Origin: Alkalilimnicola ehrlichii MLHE-1
Lineage (GTDB): Bacteria; Pseudomonadota; Gammaproteobacteria; Nitrococcales; Halorhodospiraceae
Assembly (NCBI RefSeq): GCF_000014785.1
Contig: NC_008340.1
Span: forward strand, 330,001-362,000
Length of the DNA stretch: 32,000 bases
Reading direction: 5' to 3'
The notes beneath the pieces are model-generated. The model was not told the DNA's origin, searched no databases, and saw only the letters and a program-made list of their open reading frames with translations. The position numbers and the translations under genes were made by a program. Each line of letters begins with the position of its first letter. Within the stretch, counting starts at the first letter, position 1. Positions 1 through 7,040 of this stretch are shown here, piece after piece.

Positions 1-2
1 AG

Positions 3-1235
3 CAGCTCAATGACGGCGAGGTGCCGATCTACGAGCCGGGCCTGGAGGACATGCTCGCCTGCAACATGGATGAGGGCCGGCTGCGCTTCACCACGGACGC
101 CGCCGAGGGCGTGGCTCACGGTCAGTTCCAGTTCATCGCCGTGGGCACGCCCCCGGACGAGGACGGGTCGGCGGATCTCAGCCACGTACTGGCAGTGGCC
201 CGCACCATCGGCGAGCACATCGACGACTACCGGGTGGTGGTGGACAAGTCCACGGTCCCGGTGGGCACGGCCGACCGGGTCCATGCCGCCATCCTCGAGG
301 CAATGGAGGCGCGCGGCGTGGATGTGGCCTTCGATGTGGTTTCCAACCCGGAGTTCCTCAAGGAGGGGGCCGCCATTGAGGACTTCATGAAGCCGGATCG
401 CATCATCGTCGGGGCCGAGAACCCGGCGGCGGTTGCCCTGATGCGGGACCTCTACGCCCCGTTCAACCGCAACCACGACCGGCTGATCTTCATGGACGTG
501 CGCTCGGCGGAGCTGACCAAATATGCCTCCAACGCCATGCTGGCCACCAAGATCAGCTTCATGAACGAGCTGTCCAACCTGGCCGAGCGTCTGGGAGCGG
601 ACATCGAGGAGGTGCGCCGGGGCATGGGCTCTGATCCGCGCATCGGTTACCACTTCATCTATCCCGGCTGTGGCTACGGCGGCTCCTGTTTCCCGAAGGA
701 CGTGCAGGCGCTGGCCCGCACCGCGCGCCAGGCGCACTACGAGCCGGAGCTGCTGGATGCGGTGGAGGCGGTGAACCACCGCCAGAAGCGCCATTTGGTG
801 CGCCGTATCCGCCACTATTTCGAGGACAACCTGGAGCGGCGCACCTTTGCCCTCTGGGGCCTGGCCTTCAAGCCCAACACCGACGATATGCGCGAGGCGC
901 CCTCGCGGGTGATCATGGAGGCGCTCTGGGATGCCGGTGCCCGGGTCCGCGCCTACGACCCCGAGGCGCAGGACGAGGCCGCCAGACTCTACCCCGATGA
1001 GGCCGGGCTGGAGCTCTGCGGCAGCCCCTATGATGCCCTGGAGGGGGCGGATGCATTGATCATCTGCACCGAGTGGCAGGTTTTCCGCAGCCCCGATTTC
1101 GACCGTATGCGGCGGCTGCTAAGCGAGCCGGTGATCTTTGACGGCCGTAATCTCTACGACCCGGAGAAGATGCTGGCCGCAGGCTTCGTCTACTATGGTA
1201 TCGGCCGGGGCGAGAGCGTCGATACGCTCATCTGA
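3..1235 (+). CDS. ugd: UDP-glucose 6-dehydrogenase, 5'-truncated by the window edge
   Basis: The frame is open from base 3 ([18 protein letters not shown]...) to the TGA at 1233-1235. Family-typical motifs are present: [11 protein letters not shown] (catalytic Cys region), [17 protein letters not shown] and FDGRNLYDP. The N-terminal Rossmann segment lies off-window. Confidence 0.9.
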   Translation, partial: QLNDGEVPIYEPGLEDMLACNMDEGRLRFTTDAAEGVAHGQFQFIAVGTPPDEDGSADLSHVLAVARTIGEHIDDYRVVVDKSTVPVGTADRVHAAILEAMEARGVDVAFDVVSNPEFLKEGAAIEDFMKPDRIIVGAENPAAVALMRDLYAPFNRNHDRLIFMDVRSAELTKYASNAMLATKISFMNELSNLAERLGADIEEVRRGMGSDPRIGYHFIYPGCGYGGSCFPKDVQALARTARQAHYEPELLDAVEAVNHRQKRHLVRRIRHYFEDNLERRTFALWGLAFKPNTDDMREAPSRVIMEALWDAGARVRAYDPEAQDEAARLYPDEAGLELCGSPYDALEGADALIICTEWQVFRSPDFDRMRRLLSEPVIFDGRNLYDPEKMLAAGFVYYGIGRGESVDTLI

Positions 1236-1242
1236 GGCGGGT

Positions 1243-2904
1243 ATGAGCGACAGTGCGGTACCGCGACTGACCGAGTCCGCCGCCTGGCAGGCGCTCGGGG
1301 CACGGGCCGGTGATCTGCGTGGCTGGCGGCCGCCGCTGAAGGGCACGCAGGGCGAGCAGCGTTTCCGTCGTTTCAGCCTGCAGTTGGACGGGCTGTTTTT
1401 CGACTACGCCCGCCAGCCGGTGGATGAGACCACCCGCGATCTGCTGTTGGAGCTGGCCCGCGAGCGGCGGCTTCCGGAGCGGATCCGGGCCCTGTTCGCG
1501 GGGGAGCCGGTGAATGCCACCGAGGGCCGGCCGGCGCTGCACACCCTGCTGCGCGCGCCTGAGGGGTCGGCCTTCCCGGTACACGGGGCCGATGCCCGGG
1601 CGGCGGTGCGCACCGAGCTGGCGCGCATGACCCGTTTCGTCGACCGTGTGCACCGGGGTCTGGTCCACGGCTGGGACGACCGGCCCTTCACCGATGTGGT
1701 CAACCTGGGTATCGGCGGCTCGGAGCTTGGCGCGGCGATGGCGGTCCAGGCGCTGTCGCGGTTCCATCAGCGCGAGGCGCCGCGGATGCATTTCGCCTCC
1801 GGCTCCGACGGGGTGCAGCTGGAGGATCTGATCCGGCGGCTCGACCCGGCCACCACGCTTTTCATCGTGGCCTCCAAGTCCTTCACCACCAGCGAGACCC
1901 TGCTCAATGCCCGGGCGGCCCTGCACTGGCTGGAGGCCTGCGCACCGGAGGGGGCGCACCTGGCCCGCCACTGGGTGGGGGTGTCGGCCAATGAGGAGGG
2001 GATGGCCCGTTTCGGTATCCCGGAGGAGCAGCGGTTCCGCATTTGGGACTGGGTTGGGGGGCGCTATTCCGTGGCCTCTGCCATGGGACTGCCGGTGGCG
2101 CTCGCGGTGGGCATGCGGCATTTTCAGGATTTCCTCGCCGGCATGCACGCCATGGACCGCCATTTCGAGGAGGCGCCGCTGCCGGTGAATCTGCCGGTGA
2201 TCGCCGGTCTGCTCCAGGTCTGGTCGATCAACTTCCTCGGTGCCCACACCCACTGTGTGTTGCCTTACCACCAGCGCCTGGCCCGTCTGCCCGCCTGGCT
2301 GCAGCAGTTGGAGATGGAGAGCCTGGGCAAGCGGGTGGACAGCGGCGGTCGGCCGGTGGACTACCACACCGGCGCTGTGGTGTTCGGCGAGACGGGCTTC
2401 CACGCCCAGCACTCCTTTGCCCAGCTGCTGTTCCAGGGCAGTTGCCCGGTGGCCGTGGATTTCCTGATCAGCCGGGAGGATGCCTCCGGTCTTGCGGTCT
2501 TTCACGGTGTCGCCCAGGCGCAGGCGTTGGGGCAGGGCCGGGCGCTGATGACCGGGCGTGATCGTGCCACTCTGGCCGGTGAGATGATCCGCGCCGGGGT
2601 GGACGAAGAGCAGCGCCAGGCCCTATTGGCGCACCGGGAGATACCCGGTGGCCGGCCCAGTAACACGCTGGTCTTCCCCCGTCTGGATCCCTACAACCTG
2701 GGGCGCCTGATCGCCTTCTACGAGCACCGCACCTTCGTGCAGGCGTCGATCTGGGATATCAATCCCTTTGATCAGTGGGGGGTGGAGCTGGGCAAGCAAC
2801 TGACCCGGGCGCTGTTGCCGGCGGTGACCGGTGAGACGGACCCGGCGGCGGATCTCGACGCGAGTTCTTGCGGCCTGATCCGTATCCTGCGCGGGGCGGA
2901 TTAA
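1243..2904 (+). CDS. pgi: glucose-6-phosphate isomerase
   Basis: The ATG at 1243 (MSDSAVPRLTES...) lies 7 nt after the ugd stop. The longer track ORF from 1138 overlaps ugd. PGI motifs are present: NLGIGGSELG, FIVASKSFTTSETL, GGRYSVASAMG and EMESLGK. The stop is TAA at 2902-2904. Confidence 0.9.
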   Translation: MSDSAVPRLTESAAWQALGARAGDLRGWRPPLKGTQGEQRFRRFSLQLDGLFFDYARQPVDETTRDLLLELARERRLPERIRALFAGEPVNATEGRPALHTLLRAPEGSAFPVHGADARAAVRTELARMTRFVDRVHRGLVHGWDDRPFTDVVNLGIGGSELGAAMAVQALSRFHQREAPRMHFASGSDGVQLEDLIRRLDPATTLFIVASKSFTTSETLLNARAALHWLEACAPEGAHLARHWVGVSANEEGMARFGIPEEQRFRIWDWVGGRYSVASAMGLPVALAVGMRHFQDFLAGMHAMDRHFEEAPLPVNLPVIAGLLQVWSINFLGAHTHCVLPYHQRLARLPAWLQQLEMESLGKRVDSGGRPVDYHTGAVVFGETGFHAQHSFAQLLFQGSCPVAVDFLISREDASGLAVFHGVAQAQALGQGRALMTGRDRATLAGEMIRAGVDEEQRQALLAHREIPGGRPSNTLVFPRLDPYNLGRLIAFYEHRTFVQASIWDINPFDQWGVELGKQLTRALLPAVTGETDPAADLDASSCGLIRILRGAD

Positions 2905-3773
2905 ACCGGGTCGGCCAGTCCCCGTCGTCCGGCGTAGTCGCGGGCGAACTGCCAGGCCACCCGGCCGCTGCGTGAGCCCCGTCCCAGGGCGTAGCGCAGT
3001 GCCTCGGCGCGGATCTGCTCCGGGTCGTCCGCGGTCGCTCCCAGCCGTTTCAGCCAGCTGAAGACGATCTCCAGGTAGGCCTCCTGATCGAAGGGGTAGA
3101 AGGAGAGCCAGAGACCGAAGCGCTCGGAGAGTGAGATTTTTTCTTCCACCGCCTCGCCGTGGTGGATCTCTCCGTCCACCAGGCGGGTCTGTTCGTTCTC
3201 GCTGTGGTATTCCGGAAGCAGGTGCCGGCGGTTGGAGGTGGCGTAGATCAGTACGTTCTCCGGTGCCACGCTGATGGAGCCGTCCAGGGCGGCCTTGAGG
3301 GCCTTGTAGCCGGGGTCGTCGGCCTCGAAGGAGAGGTCGTCGCAGAAGAGGATGAAGCGTTCGGGGCGGTCGGCCAGTTGTTCCAGCAGCAGGGGCAGGT
3401 CGGGCAGGTGGTAGCGGTCCAGTTCCACCAGCCGCAGGCCCTGGTCGGCGTAGCGGGTGAGCAGGGCCTTGACCAGAGAGGACTTGCCGGTGCCGCGGGA
3501 GCCCCAGAGCAGGGCGTTGTTGGCGGGCAATTGCCGGAGGAATTGGCGGGTGTTGCGATCGAGGGCGGTCCGCTGGCGGTCGATCCCCTTGAGCGCCTCC
3601 GGCGCGATGCGGTGGGGGTGGCGCACCGGCACTAGGCCGGCACGGTGGCCTTCGCGACTCCAGCGCAGGGCGCTCACCTGGTCCCAGGGGATGTCGGGTT
3701 GCGCCGGCAGCAGGGGTTCGAGGCGGTCGAGCAGTTGTTCCGCGCGATCCAGGAATTGCTTGAGTCGGTCCAT
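2901..3773 (-). CDS. DUF815-family AAA-type ATP-binding protein
   Basis: I chose the start at the ATG whose complement is 3771-3773 (MDRLKQFLDRAEQLL...). It is preceded by GGGAGGA 9 nt upstream on the minus strand. Walker A is GSRGTGKSSLVKA and a Walker B-like ILFCDDLSF is present. The 62-codon upstream extension in the track ORF runs through the octamer repeat and is probably not translated. Confidence 0.8.
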   Translation of the reverse strand: MDRLKQFLDRAEQLLDRLEPLLPAQPDIPWDQVSALRWSREGHRAGLVPVRHPHRIAPEALKGIDRQRTALDRNTRQFLRQLPANNALLWGSRGTGKSSLVKALLTRYADQGLRLVELDRYHLPDLPLLLEQLADRPERFILFCDDLSFEADDPGYKALKAALDGSISVAPENVLIYATSNRRHLLPEYHSENEQTRLVDGEIHHGEAVEEKISLSERFGLWLSFYPFDQEAYLEIVFSWLKRLGATADDPEQIRAEALRYALGRGSRSGRVAWQFARDYAGRRGLADPV

Positions 3774-3825
3774 GGTGTGCTGTCCTCCCGCGGCGGGTGT
3801 GTGGGAAGTTTGCCACAATTTCCGT

Positions 3826-3887
3826 GGTTGGCAGGTTGGCAGGTTGGCAGGTTGGCAGGTTGGCAGGTTGGCAGGTTGGCAGGTTGG
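3826..3887. repeat. Perfect 8-bp microsatellite (GGTTGGCA), 7 full copies plus GGTTGG
   Basis: Read directly from the sequence. Seven back-to-back GGTTGGCA units span 3826-3881, followed by GGTTGG at 3882-3887. The repeat lies 53-114 bp upstream of the DUF815 start codon. Confidence 0.97.
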
Positions 3888-3961
3888 GTAGAAGGGGTGT
3901 AGGGCAAAGGGGAGGACCGCAACATCGGGGAGGATCCGGTGGCTCGCCCCGGCCGTCACCG

Positions 3962-5094
3962 CCGCGGCTGCCCCGCCGCCCCCGTCACTGCGAGGAGGCG
4001 AAGCCGACGCGGCAGTCTACCGCCCTGGATCGCCACGGGCCTGCGGCCCTCGCGATGACGGGGGGCGCCGTCGCCCCCGTCACTGCGAGGAGGCGAAGCC
4101 GACGTGGCAGTCCACCGCTCTGGATCGCCACGGGCCTTCGGCCCTCGCGATGACGGGGGGGCGCCGTCGCCCCCGTCACTGCGAGGAGGCGAAGCCGACG
4201 TGGCAGTCTACCGCCCTGGATCGCCACGGGCCTTCGGCCCTCGCGATGACGGGGGGGCGTCGTCGCCCCCGTCACTGCGAGGAGGCGAAGCCGACGTGGC
4301 AGTCTACCGCCCTGGATCGCCACGGGCCTTCGGCCCTCGCGATGACGGGGGGGCGTCGTCGCCCCCGTCACTGCGAGGAGGCGAAGCCGACGCGGCAGTC
4401 TACCGCCCTGGATCGCCACGGGCCTTCGGCCCTCGCGATGACGGTGGGGGCGCCGCCGCCCCCGTCACTGCGAGGAGGCGAAGCCGACGCGGCAGTCTAC
4501 CGCCCTGGATCGCCACGGGCCTTCGGCCCTCGCGATGACGGTGGGGGCGCCGCCGCCCCCGTCACTGCGAGGAGGCGAAGCCGACGCGGCAGTCTACCGC
4601 CCTGGATCGCCACGGGCCGTCGGCCCTCGCGATGACGGTGGGGGCGCCGCCGCCCCCGTCACTGCGAGGAGGCGAAGCCGACGCGGCAGTCTACCGCCCT
4701 GGATCGCCACGGGCCGTCGGCCCTCGCGATGACGGTGGGGGCGCCGCCGCCCCCGTCACTGCGAGGAGGCGAAGCCGACGCGGCAGTCCACCGCCCTGGA
4801 TCGCCACGGGCCTTCGGCCCTCGCGATGACGGGGGGGCGCCGTCGCCCCCGTCACTGCGAGGAGGCGAAGCCGACGTGGCAGTCCACCGCTCTGGATCGC
4901 CACGGGCCTTCGGCCCTCGCGATGACGGTGGGGGCGCCGTCGCCCCCGTCACTGCGAGGAGGCGAAGCCGACGCGGCAGTCTACCGCCCTGGATCGCCAC
5001 GGGCCTTCGGCCCTCGCGATGACGGTGGGGAAGGCCTTCGGCCCTCGCCATGATGGGGGCGGGAAGGCATTTGACCCTCGTCATGACGGTGGGG
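3962..5094. repeat. Tandem array of 11 near-identical 95-97-bp units plus two degenerate half-units
   Basis: GTCACTGCGAGGAGGCGAAGCCGACG recurs at 3984, 4079, 4175, 4271, 4367, 4464, 4561, 4658, 4755, 4851 and 4948, giving periods of 95, 96 or 97 bp. The consensus unit is GTCACTGCGAGGAGGCGAAGCCGACGCGGCAGTCTACCGCCCTGGATCGCCACGGGCCTTCGGCCCTCGCGATGACGGTGGGGGCGCCGCCGCCCCC. Degenerate right-arm copies lie at 5031-5063 and 5064-5094. Confidence 0.97.
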
Positions 5095-5184
5095 CAAGGG
5101 GCCCCTCCCGTTGATCACGTGGGAGGGCCATGACAGCCGGTGGCCGCCGTGTTGAAATGGGTGTGGTCACGAGGAGCATCGCGA

Positions 5185-5898
5185 ATGAGTCGATATCACC
5201 CGGAAGAGCCGCGCCCCTGCGGGGCCTTTGTCACCGGTACCGATACCGGTATCGGTAAGACGGTGGTCGCCTGCGGGCTGGTGCGGGCGGCGCTGGACCG
5301 GGGGTTGGAGACGGTGGCGCTGAAGCCGGTCTCGGCGGGCTGTGAGGAGACGCCTGAGGGGCTGCGCAACGAAGACGCCGAGCTGCTTCGACGGCTGTTC
5401 GATCCGCCACTGCCCTACGACAAGGTCAACCCGGTGGCGTTGCGGGCCGCGGCGGCGCCCCACCTGGCGGCGGCGGAGGAGGGCATTCATATCCCGGTGG
5501 CGAATCTCGCCGCCCAGGCCCGTGCCTTTGCCCAGGCCTCGGACTTCGTGGTGGTGGAGGGCGCCGGGGGGTGGCGGGTGCCTCTGGATGACCACCACAC
5601 CATGGCTGATCTCGCCCTCGCCATGGATGTGCCGGTGGTGCTGGTGGTCGGTATCCGGCTCGGTTGCCTGAACCACGCGCTGCTGACCGCCGAGGCGGTG
5701 CGCCGCGACGGCCTGCCCCTGGCGGGTTGGGTGGCCAACCGCGTGGACCCGGACGATGGGCGCAGCGATGCCCAGGTGGGGGCGCTGCGCCAGCGGCTGC
5801 AGGCCCCCCTGCTGGGCGACCTGCCCTGGATGGACCGGTGGGACCCGTCGGCGGTGGCCGCCCGCCTGGACATCGAGCCCCTCCTCTCTGCCCTCTGA
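5185..5898 (+). CDS. bioD: dethiobiotin synthetase
   Basis: The ATG at 5185 (MSRYHPEE...) has GAGGAG at 5171-5176. The P-loop-like TGTDTGIGKTVVACGL and VVEGAGGWRVPL are typical of BioD. No other bio genes are in the window. Confidence 0.85.
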   Translation: MSRYHPEEPRPCGAFVTGTDTGIGKTVVACGLVRAALDRGLETVALKPVSAGCEETPEGLRNEDAELLRRLFDPPLPYDKVNPVALRAAAAPHLAAAEEGIHIPVANLAAQARAFAQASDFVVVEGAGGWRVPLDDHHTMADLALAMDVPVVLVVGIRLGCLNHALLTAEAVRRDGLPLAGWVANRVDPDDGRSDAQVGALRQRLQAPLLGDLPWMDRWDPSAVAARLDIEPLLSAL

Positions 5899-6104
5899 TC
5901 CCACCCCCAAGGCGTGGCCCACAAAGGGAAACCGCGTCTTATCTTTGCCCTTTACTCCGCACATTCCTGGGCTATGCTTCAGGAAAATGCCTGACATGAG
6001 GGTCGGGTATTGTCGTACGGTCAACGGAACCGTGTCGCCACCGGCTGCCAAACCACATCAATCATAAGGCCGGTAGGGCAACAACACCCGGAGGGGGTCG
6101 GAGG

Positions 6105-7040
6105 ATGAAAGCAGCTCTCTTGCTGTGCGGTGTCGGGCTGAGTGCCTTCAGTTCGGCCGCGTTGGGCGGTTTTTCTGCACTCAATATGCCGCGCGGGCCC
6201 ACAGCCCTCAGCCAGGATGTCTACGACCTGCACATGCTGGTGTTCTGGATCTGTGTGGCGATCGGGGTGGTGGTCTTCGGGGCGATCTTCTATTCGATCC
6301 TCACCCACCGGAAGTCGCGCGGGGTCAAACCGTCCCAGTTCTCGCACAGCACCCGGCTCGAGGTGGTCTGGACCATCATCCCCTTCGTCATCCTCATCGT
6401 CATGGCAGTGCCCGCCACCAAGACGCTGCTGGACATGGAGGATGTCTCCGACTACGACCTGACCGTCAAGGTCACCGGATACCAATGGCTCTGGCACTAC
6501 GAGTACATGGACGGTGATGCCGAGGGCACGGCCTTCTACAGCAGCATGGATCGCGACACGCGGCTGGCGCGTATCCGCGCCAACGGCCTCTCCCCCGCGG
6601 ATGTGGACAATTACCTGCTGGAGGTGGACAACCCGCTGGTGCTGCCGGTCGGCAAGCGGGTGCGCTTCCTGCTGACCTCCAACGACGTGATTCACTCCTG
6701 GTGGGTGCCGGAGTTCGGTTGGAAGAAGGACACCATCCCCGGCTTTGTCAACGAGGCCTGGGTGCAGGTGGACGAACCGGGTACCTACCGCGGCCAGTGT
6801 GCCGAGCTCTGCGGCCGCGACCACGCCTTCATGCCCATCGTGGTGGTGGTGAAGGAGGAGGAGGACTACCTGGCCTGGGTGGACGAGCAGGTCAACGGCG
6901 CCGGCGGGGAGCAGCTGGCGGCCCCCGGGCTGCCGGAGGTGCCGCGGCTGGGTGAGGCCACCGTGATGGGCCTGCTGGCCAATCTGAACGATGACATGCC
7001 CAGGGCGACCGTGCCCGAGGCTCGCGGGGGGGAGCGCTAA
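6105..7040 (+). CDS. coxB: cytochrome c oxidase (aa3-type) subunit II
   Basis: There is an N-terminal signal-like segment and two TM helices. The CuA site reads HSWWVPEFGWKKD...GQCAELCGRDHAFMP. No CxxCH motif is present, so there is no fused cytochrome c domain. The TAA at 7038-7040 is followed immediately by the coxA ATG. Confidence 0.9.
   Translation: MKAALLLCGVGLSAFSSAALGGFSALNMPRGPTALSQDVYDLHMLVFWICVAIGVVVFGAIFYSILTHRKSRGVKPSQFSHSTRLEVVWTIIPFVILIVMAVPATKTLLDMEDVSDYDLTVKVTGYQWLWHYEYMDGDAEGTAFYSSMDRDTRLARIRANGLSPADVDNYLLEVDNPLVLPVGKRVRFLLTSNDVIHSWWVPEFGWKKDTIPGFVNEAWVQVDEPGTYRGQCAELCGRDHAFMPIVVVVKEEEDYLAWVDEQVNGAGGEQLAAPGLPEVPRLGEATVMGLLANLNDDMPRATVPEARGGER

Noticed and set aside
1228-2505. 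Long antisense or alternative-frame ORFs: 1228-2505(-), 2623-3816(-), 5167-6051(-), 6021-7271(-), 7482-8591(-), 9265-10149(-), 11686-12708(-), 16201-17289(+), 18954-20123(+), 20172-21593(-), 21902-22759(-), 23508-24512(+), 27186-28166(+), 30168-31322(-)
   Set aside because: Each lies opposite to, or out of frame with, a gene that has clear family motifs. Their translations are Arg/Gly/Pro/His-rich low-complexity strings, typical of stop-poor shadow frames in GC-rich DNA.
3826-3887. Sigma54 promoter(s), suggested by the repeated TGGCA
   Set aside because: The 8-bp periodicity never gives the TGGCAC-N5-TTGCA register, because GG and GC dinucleotides fall 9 or 17 nt apart rather than 12. No enhancer-binding-protein gene is nearby.
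3774-3959. 62-codon N-terminal extension of the DUF815 ORF through the octamer repeat (PANLPTCQ x3)
   Set aside because: A strong SD precedes the internal ATG at 3773, where the conserved-looking N-terminus (MDRLKQFLDRAE) begins. An 8-bp repeat inside a CDS would be frame-unstable. The extension has no recognisable features.
3985-5084. Repeat-spanning ORFs (for example 3985-4419 minus, 4104-4538 plus, 4150-4635 plus, 4659-5084 minus) as repetitive proteins
   Set aside because: Several frames on both strands are open simply because the unit lacks stops. Unit lengths of 95, 96 and 97 bp shift the frame between copies. There are no convincing SD or start contexts. The peptides are the Arg/Pro/Gly-rich type expected from GC-rich non-coding DNA.
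3962-5094. CRISPR array
   Set aside because: The whole 95-97-bp period is conserved, so there are no unique spacers between short repeats. Neighbouring units are often identical, and no cas genes are in the window. It is a tandem minisatellite of a palindromic element, not a CRISPR array.
5899-6104. Regulatory site upstream of coxB (ACGGT-N7-ACCGT near 6017-6035)
   Set aside because: The arms are short (5 bp), the context is GC-rich where such matches are frequent, and there is no resemblance to FNR/ANR or RoxR-type sites that I can verify.
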